Below are positions 26,090 to 40,199 of a DNA stretch of 64,000 bases, one piece after another. Within the stretch, counting starts at the first letter, position 1. Every line of letters begins with the position of its first letter. The notes beneath the pieces were generated by a model. The model searched no databases. It saw only the letters and a program-made list of their open reading frames with translations, and had not been told where the DNA came from. Source of the stretch: Octopus sinensis (Eukaryota). The stretch lies in assembly GCF_006345805.1 (NCBI RefSeq), contig NW_021832231.1, forward strand, positions 682,001 to 746,000. The letters are read 5' to 3'. The translations under genes were made by a program, and so were the position numbers.

Positions 26090-26810
26090 AATTTTAAACA
26101 ACATCATTAGTATGTTTCACCATTTTCAGCTTCCATCAAGTTCATGTCATTTATTGATCTACCACAACATATTGGCTGGTAATCCATCGTCGTAACCTTC
26201 GAATATTGGTATTATTATTTTGTAAATTTATTAAAAAATTACCCGACTTTTATTGAATTTGCTTCACATTCCATCTTCTTTTCTCCACCGATAAGAAGTT
26301 TTGAATACGCTTCTTCACGTGAATCTACGATTGCACTGTCCACATCTCCTGATCATTTCCTGCTCCGTTATTGGATTCGGATTTTGAGCACCCATGAACA
26401 AATATAGAACGAAACCTTGTGGAATGTATGGTGAAATTGTACTCATAAACAATATATTAGATTATGTACAATATTGACCAAAATATTCACAAAAGAAACT
26501 TACTGAAGATATCCACAGTTTTATGCTTTGTTTGAACCTTAAAAAATCAAAACCATCAGGTAACCTTTCTACTTGACTTTGTATCGCTCGTGCCCTACCA
26601 CGCACATGCTTGATTGAATATTTTTCACATATTTCAGAATTCTACTTGGAGGATGATTGGTGGTCCGTTGTAATAAAAAAACATTTTGGAATAGATTAAC
26701 TATTTCTACAGCAGATTTCAACTTTAATAATGACAACTACTAATTCTGAATAGGAATCAACGATTATAAGAATCTTTATATTAATAATCAATTCCATTTT
26801 CAATAAAAAA
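26090..26810 (-). mobile_element. Ginger/KRBA2-like rve integrase remnant
   Basis: KILIIVDSYS, YNGPPIILQ, CEKYSIKHVRGRARAIQSQVERL, and a later KM...IKVG segment; multiple stops. Confidence 0.6.
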
Positions 26811-27801
26811 TACATTTCTATTTTCAAAGCATGTTTTTCGCAAGCTTTTTTAGTCTATATCGTTGTTTTCTATTAGGATTGTCGTCTAATGTGTTTTTTT
26901 TGTTTTTTGCGATCTTTTTGATTTTTTAAGAATTTCTTTGCTAAGCTCTAAAATATTTGAACTAATTGTTAATATTGATATATAAAGACTATTTTTATAT
27001 TTTTTAACATTTTTAAAACAACTGTCATTTAATCGACTGTGACATCATATATTAAAAAAGGTGAAAAATGAAAAAAATATGTAAGCTGGAAATACGACGA
27101 GATTGAATCACAAGACGAAATCTTACGCGTAATGTTGGGGATGCCAATGAGGATAATAAATGCTACCTATTCTATGACCAAGTTTCCACTAAAAAGTACA
27201 GCGTAAAGAATAAAGAAGGAAAAATAAATACATCTGTAAATGACATGACACAAACAATGAACATTTAAGTTGGGCTGAGAAATTTTAATTTTTTCAGTTT
27301 TTTAATATACATGTTATTTCAATTATTTTAATCCAAGAATAATTAAAAAATGGAAACTTGATAATTTTTTAAAGAAATTTCGGCTTATTTTAACACTAAA
27401 GACCAAAGTAATGATTATTTGTAATTTTAATTACTTTTGCTGAAAATAGTTTGGCAATCGATTTTTAACTTTATTTTAGGATAAAAAGTAATTCTTTATT
27501 TTCAAATCGATAAGTATGTTCAAAGATTATGGCTCATGTCGGTTTTTAAAAAATTCAGAGATTTAAAAAATGCTTAAAAAGTATTAATTTTAGATACATA
27601 ATGAAAAATTCACAAAAAATTTCAAGCAATCATGATCTCATTAAGGTCCTCTGAAACAAAACTTATGTCGCCTGTATGAAATTTTCTACCTGTACAACCG
27701 GCTTCCTAATTTATTTACAGGAATTTAATTTTAATTTATTTTAAAATATAAATAGTTTATTATTTTATAATATATTACCCACAATAAATTATAGTTCTTG
27801 T

Positions 27802-28466
27802 ATGTCTGATTCTCCCGGTGAGTATGAAGTCGAAAAAATCATCAACATGAAAGTTAGAAAAGGAAAAAAATTCTTTCTAGTAAAATGGCTCAACTACAGC
27901 GAGTATTCCATCATTTTCCCACTTTTTAGTACTGAAAATACGTGGGAACCCGAAGAAAATATCAGCTGCGGGATTCTCGTAGAACGGTTCATGGCTCTCA
28001 GAAATGAGTCCAACTCCAAGAAAATAAAATCCAAAACACCAAAGAATGCTCTAAAAGACCCAAAACCTGACAAAACAACCCCAAATTCTTCTTCTGTGTT
28101 CGATTTCGTTCCTTCCCCGGGAGAAGACCTTAACAAATCTGCAAAAAAATCCACAAAAAATGGAATACAAAAAAAGTCAAAAAAAGTCAACTCCTCATCA
28201 AAAAAAGTATAAATTTAAGACCGAATTACGCGAGTAGTCTTCAGTGGTCACACTCATTCCACACGTGAACAGGGAAACCGTGGAGAGGGTGGTGGGTGCC
28301 ACTAACGAGGGGGGAGCATTGCAGTATCTTGTTATATTGTACTCATTCTTGTGAGTGTGCTAGTAAGGGACGAGATACCTGCACGCTTGTGTCCTCGGCT
28401 GTTGCCAGAGATAAATTTTCTGAGAAGGTTGCCGAGTTTTTGGAGTCTTTTCTGGAATTTTCTTAA
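27802..28466 (+). CDS. HP1: Heterochromatin protein 1 (chromo plus chromoshadow), spliced
   Basis: Chromodomain EYEVEKII...FLVKW...NTWEPEENI with a 27-nt intron. Chromoshadow VERVVGATNEGGALQYLVIFK...LVSSAVARDKFSEKVAEFLE is recovered after removing a 25-nt intron near 28340. Confidence 0.88.
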
Positions 28467-28682
28467 TTTTGTATTCTTTTGACTTATTTTTGAGATATAT
28501 TTGTTCATGTTTTTATTTTCTGTATTTTGTTGTGACACAGACTAATTGTTTGTTTATATTAATAATGTTACTACTTCATTTAAAAAAGTTAATTTTTTAA
28601 TAAATATTTTTTTATAGATATAGTTTACTCTTATTAAAAAAATAAAATTTTTGACGTGAACGTACTTCGTTGTGACGACTAA

Positions 28683-29722
28683 ATGGTTTATTATATAACT
28701 AAATAGCTACATTTAGGCACGTAATGCAGAAAAGGCAATGTAAGTAAATAATTGTGACTCTCTTAAAGGACAACACTCGCCAGATGGCACGCTGTCCACG
28801 TTCAGAAAGTCATTTTGGTAGCATTCTGGTCCAACAAAATTGTAGGATCAAAAACCAGAAAGAGTCGCGGAATGCAAAGAACTGCCCAAAGCCCTCCATT
28901 TCCGTAGAAAAGTGATCCACGACATTGCCAAAAAAGTGACCGAGATTCAAAACGGTAAATCCCCACCACAAATCCGCAGCCGGTCTCGGAGATTTCAAAA
29001 TCAGAGACCTCAACGACGAGATCAACAAACTCCTCCGTGAAAAGAAAAAGTGGGAAGATCAGATAATTCTACTGGGAGGCCCCAACCAGCGAGTAATCAA
29101 CGCCAAACAAAACGTAAAGGACGGAATTGAAGTCCCCGGCACCCACGGATATCGGTTTCCCGCCAAAATGATCCTCAGGTATTTTGGAGCGGCCAAATTC
29201 CTTCCGGGAGTGAAAGAACTGTTGGAAAAGCCCGCGCCCCTGCCAGTATATAAGTCGCGGAGTCAGTTGATGAGGAACATTGACCACGACTATTTCGGGT
29301 TCCGCGACGAGGATGACGGAGAAATCGTCCCGTTGGAAAGGGAGGCTGAGCGGCAGAGTATTTATAATCGAAAACCGGAAATAGTAATCGCGGGAAAAGT
29401 CGAGAATTATAAATCCACTTCGCACGTGTTTGTTGAGAGTGGGAAAAAGGAGTTGAGTTTGGAGGAGTTGATTGAGCTGGCGGTAGTGTGATTCCGTGAT
29501 GTTTAGGGGGACTACGAGGCAGAGAAAGAGAAGGAGGCAGACCGAGAGGAACTGGTTGAGTCGATTCCGACCCAGGAAGAGGTGAGGGAGTGGGTAGACT
29601 GGTCGTAGGTAGAGAAGGCTCTCATTGATCGGAAGAAACGAGAATTGTTGACCAAATATGCCTCTGATTTGCTTATGGATGAGACCGACCAGGCCAGACA
29701 GATGCTTGGAAGGGATGATTAG
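28683..29722 (+). CDS. ISY1: Pre-mRNA splicing factor ISY1, spliced
   Basis: M/ARNAEKAM, AECKELPKA, KKVTEIQN/AGLGDFKIRDLNDEINKLLREKKKWE, GYRYFGAAKFLPGVKEL, DHDYFGFRDEDDG, KKRELLTKYAS. Confidence 0.93.
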
Positions 29723-29828
29723 ACATTTTATTATTTGATTCTTGTTGTTTTTTAAATTTGTTTTATTAAATTTTTGTTTGTTAAATCAATTAGTAGTTTT
29801 TAAAAGTTATATAAAGTGACTGTCTTAT

Positions 29829-32800
29829 ATGTTGTTCGATGTGGCAGTTAGTTTGCTTTCATTTGTGGTTCGTAAAACTCGCTGATTTATTTTTTAAGCG
29901 CGATTCGGCTCACAATGAATTTTTAAAAGATTATTTCATCATTTCAAAAATACCCAAAAAAGTGCAATTATGCAATAAAACCACCGCCTTTCTCCTTGAA
30001 CTGTTCTCTGACTCTGACCAAGTGCTATAAATTTGTCACTTTCTAGGAGACTTGCACGAATATTTATCGGCAGACTGTAAAATTCATTTGCCACATTCGA
30101 ACCCCCGACTGGGCACACATATTTTGTACGAGCATCAAAAATATAATCCCCCAAATAAAGATTCCCTCAAAGTATTAATTTTGACAGATTTAGTTCGATT
30201 CCTCTCATTTTGGTGCAGGAAATGTCATCCGGAGGTATATCACCGTCTGTCTGTGAGCCCCTCTTTGCCCTCCTGGACGAGACCTCCCACCTCCTCCACA
30301 GGAAGGTTTGTTCTCTTCATTATTCAGGCATTTCCCGACTTTGTGGCTGCTCTTATCAACATGGCCAATTCCCAGGACCTCACCCTCTCGGCTCAGTTTT
30401 CCAAAAAAGTTAATTTTAACAAAAATGTATTTTTAGCTTATTTTTAAGTTATATTCTCGCCTTGATCTTTCGACGTGTGTCTCCTGTGATTCTTTCGAGG
30501 CCATTCCTGCTGTAAGTTGTGTTGATGACCTCCCAAGGATATTCGAACTCACTTTCCTCTTCCAGTAAGAAGACGATTTAGCTTTGAGCATCTTTTTCCT
30601 GTCCCTGCCACTCCTTCGAGCTGTGGGATTGCCCAATGGAGGTACCTGAGTGACACGCACATTGCAAAAATAACTCGCTCGAATGATTTTGAAAAGGATT
30701 CGTCACAGTTGAACGAATTTCAAAGAAATGTTACAATTTCTCGTTTGTTCCGTCGTATTTTCCCAATGGGGGAATGTCGTATGCTGCTGTGCCCTCTATA
30801 GTCCAGCAAGTGAGGATATTAGTCACCATTTTTAGTCGATTAAAAACTTGGGAGTGTTTGAAGACCAATATGTAGATTGGCTAGTCTCTGTGGTTTGCAA
30901 TAAACAGATTAACCGGAGATTCCTTGACTCCTTGTTTGAAAGATTGGCAGTAAATTTGATGTATTACCTGCGAATCAAAGGCGTGGACCACATCAAATTA
31001 CTCTCAAAAATTAGAAACGAGGTCTTTAATATTACAATAATGCAGGTCGTGTCATTGCCAGTCTCTGGGATCTACCACAAAGAGCTACTTATTTATATTA
31101 TAAATCATTTCATTTCCCCCAAGTTAACTCCTGCGTCCATTCCGGTGTGTTATTTGGGTGATGTGTAGAGTGATTCCTATGCTCTAGTCGTTGAAATATT
31201 GAAGTATCTTTTCGAGAATGGGACGAGTGTTTGGTTTGTGCCATGTGCAGAGGATATAAATTACTGTCGTTATTTCTCGATAATCGAAGCACTGATATCA
31301 CTAAAATCCTGCCACCAGGGAGTTTCCATCGACTCCAATCTGCCTGCTTTCACGGGCATTAAAAAGTATTTCCACATTAAACTATGAAAGAGCAATGACA
31401 GAATTAATTCACAAAAAGGCTAACTTGAAAATAACTGACAGAGGAATGGCTGTTCTCCTCAACACTGGTATTCTCTGTCCTCACTGTAGAGTTGGTTGGT
31501 GACGATTCACTATCAAACAGTTATTACAATGCACTCACAGATTCATTTCATCACTCATCCGAGCTGGACAAGTCACTGGCCTCCCCGATTTCAGTCCAAT
31601 ACATCTCGGGTGGGCCACTCCCTGTGAGTTTTATCGATGATTTGAAGATAGGAAAGCATGTGTGGTAGGTTTAGGCAGTTGATTGTAGTCTCCTTGTTTT
31701 TTGCCACAATGTAATAAAATCATATTTCGACCAGTCTGGTTCCTCAGCCTTGCCCTCGATGTGTTTTATGGAGACTTATCAACGGCTGCTGAGTTTGTCC
31801 GAAATAGGAATTCTGGGCCCAAAGAGTGTGGTCAGTAAGTCCTCATGTTGATTCAGTTCAGACTTCCTCCACAAATTGAACACAGTCGGGGGGTGTCTTC
31901 CGTTGTCCCACGCCCTTGTCGAGTTGATGAGTTTCCGTCTCCACTTTGTGCTCCCTCAATATCGCTTGGTGTTCATTGGAGTGGAGCACTGTCAAAACAA
32001 CACGACATTCAATTTAACCAGAACATTGAACAGAGCATTCTGAGGGGGATTCTGGGACTTAAAAGTTGGGAAGTTCACCCCATTTTTGCACGTCTTTACG
32101 AGGAGTCCCATCAGATGGATGTTTCGTATATTCTGGGGACTGATTCCCCCGAGTTGAACAGTGTGGTGAGTCTTCAAATGTCGGCATTTATATCAATTAA
32201 TGGGGGGAATGTTGTCAAATTTAAATGGATTGCTCTCCTATCTAAGGATGTGGAAAATTGCAGGCATTTTCTTACTCGTCAATGTCGGCGTGGAATGCGG
32301 AGTGTGTTGTGTCAGAGTTTGGAGGTGTCCTCATCCCCGCCTTTGGACTTGTCCAGATTTGGGAGAGAGTTTTATTCTACGATCAGTGACTTTAACAGTA
32401 CATTGTGTGGCCTCACTTTAAGAATTGTCGAATGAGACCTCCATCCTCGAGTACTTTGCACTACCGCAGAATTCCCCCAACTTTATTTGGTATATAATTA
32501 TACAAATCATATTTAGTTATTGTTGGAAGAGTCTTCTAGGCAAGGTGGCCTTGGACTATCACAGGTTTTGTCACCGTTCTATGTCTAAGCCTAATTCTCA
32601 AAGTGTTGAGCAGACAGAAAGACTTTGAAGTATATAACTTGCAGGTGAGATGTCTTGCTGACTGGGTCATTTACTGTTTCCACCACCAGCCATTTCCAGA
32701 ATACTCCGAAGACTACGTGAGTGTTCTGAGTTATTCGTAGATGCTCGATTGCATAGAAAAACTGATTTGGGACATGCATGTGATCACCATTGAAAAATTT

Positions 32801-34477
32801 ATATTTTTCCTTGTCTGCTCACTTTTTTGTTATTTTGACAGGCTTTTCGACCAGTGGACGAAGAAGGCGAAATTAGAGTTCAGTTCTCTGTGGGAGTTAA
32901 CCTGCTGGTCCGGTCGAAGGCACTTCATCAGCGAATTGACTTTATTTTTACAAATGTTTATTTTTATCCTTAAAGTTAAGATTACTGGGTTTTACTGGCT
33001 GTCAGAGAGCCACGGTGACTTTCAGAAAAGATACTTCCAAGTTTGTGTTCTTTTTGTCCTTGTTAGGCCTTTGGGGAGTTTCTGTCTCCTGATTGTCACG
33101 ATTACTCCTCCAACTCAAAGAACTGTTCGTTTCCTCAATATTTTTCAAATTGTTGTCTACGACTAAACCCAGTAGTTGTGGCTGCACTTAATATTTGGTT
33201 GTGAATGCGATTATAGCCAAGATGCTGATTTTTGAGTGGTTTGATGACCTCATTTGTCTGTTGGTCGACTCTCTTAGCTCGATGCTTTCTCTTCAGGGTT
33301 TTCTGTTGCCATGACCCTCTGCAGAGCATCCAATTTCATTCATTTACATTATTCTGCACTCAAAGTATGCGTATATAGGTCACAAATTTGCAACAAAACG
33401 ATCTCTTGTTTCAAACTATCTGAGGAATGGAGGACCCCGATCTCGTCTCCGCAAGGACTGGTGTATCTCTGAGCTTGCCTTTGGGTATTTCTTTGAAGGC
33501 AGGTCTTGGGATTTTGACATTTGGTACTACACCTCGTTGATTGATCGACTTGTATGTGAAAATGTGTTTAGTCTAGTCGTCAGTGCTTAATTTCGAGGAC
33601 ATGGACTTGGTCAATTTAGTGGACTGGAGATTTTTCGAGTTTCCAAACGCTCAATCCCATTTCCTGCATTCTGTTTGTGTCGAGTTGATGGCACTTCCTG
33701 TTCTGTCTTCAGTGATTGTTCAGAATCTGGTCCAGGCCGTCCTCCATTCGCGGTATTATCCTGCACTTATTTTAGTGGGTCCTCGAGTTCTGTTGTTGAC
33801 AGAATCAACATTTTTGGACTGATTATGTCGTCACTCAGTGTTTGTGGAGAGTTGTCTCATTTTAATAGTCGGATTTTGCCAACTCGTTTTTTGGAGTGGT
33901 GGAAGAGATGATTTATTTCCCTGTTCTGGAGGACGAAGTGTTGGCGGATATCACGGAGAATTGTCTTTTTTCTGACCAGTCCTTGGATTCCCTGGATGGG
34001 CTGGGAAGTCATGTTTTGATTATGGCCTTGGCTCATTCATATTTCCAGCACTGCAATGACGAACAGTTGTTATGTTTCATCGAGTATTTGTGCATTATTT
34101 ATGATAGATTTGTGGATAACAGACTCGGTTCTCTCACAAGCGGACTTCAATTTTGTTTCTTGTTGCATTTGGTGGAGCCTTTTTTGAGGAGATTCGGCGC
34201 AATTTTCACGTGGGATGACACCAGGCCGGTTTGGTTGTGAATTTGAGATTTGGCAGATTATATTTAGATTGATCAAAGTCCTGACCAAAGTGTTGTTACC
34301 AATAAACCTGCAAGACAACTCTCAAATGCTGAATCGGATCTCTAATTTTTTGTTTTGTTTATTGATGATATTTGTAGTCTGTGTGTTAAGCAGAACCACT
34401 TTGAAGATGAGGGTGAGTTTGAAGTGCTGTTTTCCGATTTTCCTAATTATGTCAAGGAATCATTGCTTTTGCTGTAA
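29829..34477 (+). CDS. MED23: Mediator subunit MED23, multi-exon (start approximate)
   Basis: VDWRFFEFPNAQSHFLHSVCVELMALPV and LAHSYFQH...QFCFLLHLVEPFLRRF match the conserved MED23 segments DWRFNEFPNPAAHALHVTCVELMAL and YHLVGPFLQRF; the length is compatible. Confidence 0.82.
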
Positions 34478-34538
34478 TGTTTAATATTCTTTATTTTGTG
34501 TCCGATGGTCTAATTATTTGTTAATTAAAAAATTTCTC

Positions 34539-34667
34539 ATTAAATTGGGGAATCTGGCAAGCAGAAGGAAAAACGATCATCGAGAACGGACATGGCTTTT
34601 CCAACGCATATCAATAGCCATCTTGCGTGGGAATTGCCATTCCATCTTGTCCTCTGCCGATAATTAG
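34539..34667 (+). mobile_element. CRE retrotransposon, heavily 5'-truncated 3' end
   Basis: IKLGNLASRRKNDHRERTWLFQRISIAILRGNCHSILSSADN*. Confidence 0.8.
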
Positions 34668-35047
34668 TTACACAAAAATTAAAATTATAAAAATTCAGAT
34701 ATTTGTTAATTAACATAAATGATAATAGTAAATCATTTTTTGGGATTATAAGGAACATCGAGTACTCCCACGGATATCATAAAGGGACGGATATCGAGGA
34801 ATACTTTTAACACTCATTAGTCGTAAGAGATTAGGGATCCCTTTGGCTGAACCAGTCTCAAACCAGTATCAATAAATCACATATTTTTCTAAATATAGTA
34901 TGTAGGACATTTAGGATCGAAATTAATAAATTTAATTTTTTGTTATCTGCTATTTTATTTTTAGGGAATCTCTAATTAGAAACAAATAAAAAATTTTTGA
35001 ACTATTAACATTATTAACATTATTTTGGAGTTATATAATCTATTTCA

Positions 35048-37947
35048 ATGCAATATCCATTTTTTGACACTAAAAAACGAGAGGAGAACAGTGGAAGGAA
35101 TACTCCAGGCCCAAAGGATGTAAGAGACATTAAACAAAGCTTTAATCGTCATTTGCACAACTCTCGCCTCAAGGACCGCAATATTGCTACCAAACGTGAT
35201 TATTACATCTCTTTGGCTCACACGGTGTGCGACAAAATGGCTTCCCGGTGGATCAGAACGAGCCAATACCACCACAGACTAGACTCCAAGGTTTTCCTTG
35301 ATTTTATTTTCCCAGAGAATTTATTATTTGTCCATTGAATTCTACGTCGGTCGTCTTTTGATAAATTCCATGATCAACGTTGGAATAGACGGGCATTGCG
35401 AAGAAGCCGTTTATCAAGTATGTCCAACATGTTCTTATTTAACAAGCTGGGACTAGATTTGGAAGAATTAGAAAACATGGAGCCTGAAATTGGTTTAGGA
35501 AATGGTGGACTGGGAAGACTGGCTGCCTGTTATCTTGACTCGATGGCTACTTTGGGCATTGCAGGCATGGGTTATGGACTGCGCTATGAGTATGGCGTAT
35601 TTACTCAAGTAATTTACGATACCGACCATGTCTAAATTTTATTTAAATTAATTAAGAGAGAGGAGCTTGACAATTGGTTGAAGTATAGCAATCCCTGGGA
35701 GAGGTGCATCCAGGAATATATTGTTCCTGTCAATTTTTACGGGAAAACAATCAGAGTGGATGGACAAACACAGTGGATTGACACTGAAGTGACCTTTCTT
35801 TAATAAGTAGGTTGTGTATGCAATTCCCTACGACACACCTGTCCCCGGATATGGGAATAACCACGTCATAACTATGCGTTTGTGGGCTGCCAAACCCTCA
35901 GCCGTATTATTTCTGGATTGCTGTAAGTTATTAGTTTTCGTCACTGTCTAGTCCACTCAGGAAATTACGGCAAAGCTATGAGAGACCCATACCTTGCTGA
36001 AAGCATAACACGTGTTCTCTACCCAAATGACGAGGTATTCATGCCCTTTATTTCAAGAGATTTGAAGGTAAGGAACTCCGTCTCAAACAAGAGTACTTCC
36101 TGGCCTCAGCGACTCTCCAGGATATTATTCGGCGGTACAAGGACTCGAAAGAACCTAGGACTTCATTCGACCAGTTTCCAGAAAAGGCAATTGGTCATTA
36201 TAAATTAGTAGGTGGCCATTCAAATGAACGATACGAGTCCATCCTTGGCTGTTCCTGAATTGATGAGACTGTTGGTGGACGTCGAAGGTCTGGATTGGTC
36301 TTATTCTTGGGATATCTGCATAAGAACTTTCGGATATACCAACCACACTCTCCTTCCCGAGGCACTCGAGCGATGGCCACTAAAAATGTTGACTAAATTG
36401 TTGCCCAGAATAATGCAGATAATCCATAAAATAAATCGCAAGCATTTACAGGTTGAATGTGCAGTGATTTTGCAAGGCGGTCTCTGAGTTTTGGCCCAAT
36501 GACGAGGATGTCTTGGAGAGAATGAGTCTGATTGAAGAGGATCGTAATAAACGTGTCAACATGGCCTATCTTTGCATTGTGGGGTCACATTCCGTCAACG
36601 GAGTCGCCGAACTTCACTCAAAATTAGTAAAAACTGACGTGTATATATATTTTGTATAAATCACAAGATTTCCTGATTTTTATAAAATGACTCCTGCCAA
36701 GTTTCAAAACAAAACCAACGGAATCACTCCCAGGAGATGGCTAGTCTACTGCAATCCATCTTTGACAGATTTTATTCGCCGTGTACGTTTAAAGTATTAC
36801 TTTTAGCAAATTGGGGACGGATTCGTAACAGATTTGCGTGAGTTGAACAAACTGAGGCCACTTGTGTCAAATCAACAAATTATTGACGAGATTTGTTTGA
36901 TAAAACAGGTTCAGTGTCCTCAGTATGTCATAGAGTAATAAAAATAAATTCGCTTTGTATGTTAAAAAGTTGTTTGGATTCTTGATTGACCCCTCGACCA
37001 TGTTTGATGTGCATATCAAACCAATTCAAGAAAGTAAACGACACCTTCTGACCTGCCTTCATATAATAACGCTCTACAACCGCCTCAAACGGGTCAAGGC
37101 TGGTTTGGATGACTACACTGTCGTCCCCAGGACTGTCATAATTGGGGGGAAGGCTCCTCCCGGCTACAGAATTGCAAAACTCATCATCAAATTGATATGC
37201 AATGTGGCTGATGTGGTGAACAGTGATCCGGAGACCAATAAAGACCTGAGGGTGTTTGTCCTTCCGGATTATAAAATGTCGTTTGCAGAGAAAATGGTCC
37301 CTGCAGCTGATTTGAGTGAACAACTCTCACTCGCAGGAACTGAAGCGTCTGGAACTGGAAACATGAAATTTATGGTTGGTCAGTTGATTTATTGCCAGTT
37401 GAACGGGGCTGTCACTCTGGGGACGTTTGATGGGCCCAATGTAGAAATGGTTGAACAGGTTGGGATGGAAAATATATTTATATTCGGAATGACAAACCAC
37501 GAAGTTAAGGAAAATTACTCTTCTGGGTATTTTATAAGTAAAGAAGTGTAGATACAATCCTCGTTTTTATTATCCAAGGAGTCCTCAATTAATAGAATGT
37601 ATTGAACAAATAAGAGACGGATTTTTCAGCAGGGAGGAGCCTAATTTATTATGCGAAATATGTCAGACTATGCTCTCTGATGATCCTTTCATGGTCATGA
37701 GTGACTATGATGATTATATTCAGAAGCAGCTTTTGGTAGAGGCTGCTTACTTGGTATGTTGTGTGCCGTATTTTGATAGAATTCTAATGTGTGGAATACA
37801 ATGTGCTTGAACAACATCATTGCTGCTGGGTTCTTCTCTAGTGACCGTGCTGTGGCTCAGTATGCTTCCGATATTTGGAACGTTCCCTTGTCCAGGGATA
37901 TACTGCCTGTCTTAGATGAATCTCAAGAATTCTCTGGTTTGAATTAG
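35048..37947 (+). CDS. PYG: Glycogen phosphorylase, multi-exon, with divergent active-site motifs
   Basis: [93 protein letters not shown] (PLP Lys), GFFSSDR. Confidence 0.95.
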
Positions 37948-38681
37948 AGATACATTTTCACGATAATCCGTTTATTTCCATTTATATTTTTTGGTTACAT
38001 TACGCAATTTGAGGGTCCTAGAAGTATAGCCTTAATAATAATTAAGGGTAGTGACTAATACTAGTATGGCGACAAGATAATAACCGAGAATCGGCAAATT
38101 GTAAAAATTTAATTATCCATAAAAAGTTCGAATTCTAGAAAGAAAATTTTTGGTGTTTAAACAAAATACGTATCATATTCAAACCGATTTCTTCTGTGTG
38201 AATATGGCTCATCGTATCCGACACAGTCGCATTTTGGTAGCTGAACATTTTTTCTGTATACTGAAAAAAACATCGAGTTGGTCGCCAAAAATGACCACTT
38301 GCTTTATTTTCCAGCAAGAATAAATATGTAGATTTATCCATATCATTATTGGTCCATTCTTTGGAAACGTGTTGACAAAAATCTATTTTGAAATAAAAAA
38401 GTTAAAACATTTTCTTGTTAAACTGCACGAATAGAAAAATACAGAATATTTAATATCTTAAAATCCAAAACTTATCCGTGTTTTAGAGCTGATTTTGTAT
38501 GATTCAAACGTTCAGCAATGACAGGACTCTAGATACTAGTCATGCAAGTATTTAGTTAATTTAAATTCTTTACATAATTTTCGAATATATGAATTTGGAA
38601 ATTCTAATATACTGATGAGTGGAGATAGTTACTGGCACCGTGTTGACAAGGTTAACTATAACCAGATTACATGTATTAGTA

Positions 38682-40029
38682 CAGCGGTTCTCAACCGTGG
38701 TCCCCAGAAATTTTCGAAAAATAAAAATATATTAAAGTTAAAACTAATTGTACAATTAAGTATAAATCAAAAACATTGAAATTAATCAAGCGGTTCTCAA
38801 TCGTGGTCCCCAGAAAATTTTTAGTGGTCCCCAGGAATTTTCGAAAAATAACAATATATTAAATTTAAAACTAATTGTACAATTAAGTATAAATCAAAAC
38901 ATTGAAATTAATCTGATTTGATTAGCGTGGTTTATCATTCTAGTTATGGTTAACAAGAATCGTCGTCTTTGGTCGGATTCTTACGTACAATTTGGATTCA
39001 TTAAATTCATTGCCCCAAATAATGAAATAAAGGCAAAATGCATGATTTGCCACAAAATTTTGGGAAACAATTCACTGAAACCTTTTCAACTTAGGCGCCA
39101 CAAAGAGTCTGTACACCCAGAAATCCGATTTTTTCTGTAGCCGATTTTTTTAACATTTTAAATGAGTTTAATTTGTCAATGCAGGGTAAAATTTTTATTA
39201 ATTTATTTAAAGGTCTTTATATATCAATTGTCGAGGTCAATCAAATAATAATGCTTTTAAAAAAGTTATTATTGTGGATAATGAAAAAAAAAAGGAATAA
39301 CATCAATGTTCCCAATGCTTGAATATCATCTCGGACACAACCCACCGGATAATGTTCTTCTAAGTCTGATAATCAAACATCTGGAAAATCTCAAGACAAA
39401 ATTTGATGATTATTTTCCTGTTGAGACCCAATTCCAAACTGGATCGTTCAACCTTTCTTGACCTCATTTAAAGAATATCAGGAACTCAATTTTCAGCAGA
39501 GCTTGATTGAACTTCAATGTAATCAGTCTGCTCAGATTATTTTCAAATGTACTTCATTATTAGATTTTTGGTATTCTCATTAATAATTACTTTTTATTGT
39601 TAGGTGTCAGATGGCGAAAGAATTCCCCATTTTGAGTAAAACTGCATTGGAATCAATACTTGCATTCCCCACTACTTATCACTGTGAAATGGCGATGTCG
39701 TGTCTGACTTTTCTAAAAACAAAATATAGAAATAGACTACGGGTACAAGATGATATGCGAGTAGCTTTGTCGAACATAGAGCCTGATATAAGTAAAATTA
39801 TTCTGAGCAAACAAGATCAGAAATCTCACTAAATTACTATTAAATTTTCTGTTATTTTCATAATGTTCATGTTATTTTTATAATAAATATTCGAACATGT
39901 CTAAACCTGGCCCTGACGAGGCCAAAAATTGTGCGCTAATACCAAAAAATGTTTATTTTATTTAAGGTGGTCCCCACAAAATTTTATAGTGCAAAAGTGG
40001 TCCCCAGTCTAAAAAAATGAGAACCGCTG
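38682..40029 (+). mobile_element. Internally deleted hAT Buster/Charlie (ZBED8-like) element with duplicated left end
   Basis: 12-bp TIR CAGCGGTTCTCA; 8-bp TSD TATTAGTA at 38674-38681 and 40030-40037. BED ORF 38946..39140 and dimerisation ORF 39611..39832 (FPTTYHCE). Confidence 0.92.
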
Positions 40030-40199
40030 TATTAGTACATATTATATTTTACCTAAAACCTTTAAAAAATCAGCTTTATCGTGTTTCTTAATTCCTCAAA
40101 ATTTATTTAACTAATTTTTGATTAAAATAATGTTTTTATAGACCTGATTATCTAAAATTATATACAATCGATCCTTTTTTAAAAAACCAAAATTAATAA

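Noticed and set aside
28332-28538. 68-aa basic minus-strand ORF
   Set aside because: It is antisense to the HP1 chromoshadow exons, which explain the sequence.
38135-38341. Possible piggyBac- or IS630-like fragment
   Set aside because: Only vague motif similarity, with no TIR or TSD; it cannot be supported without a search.
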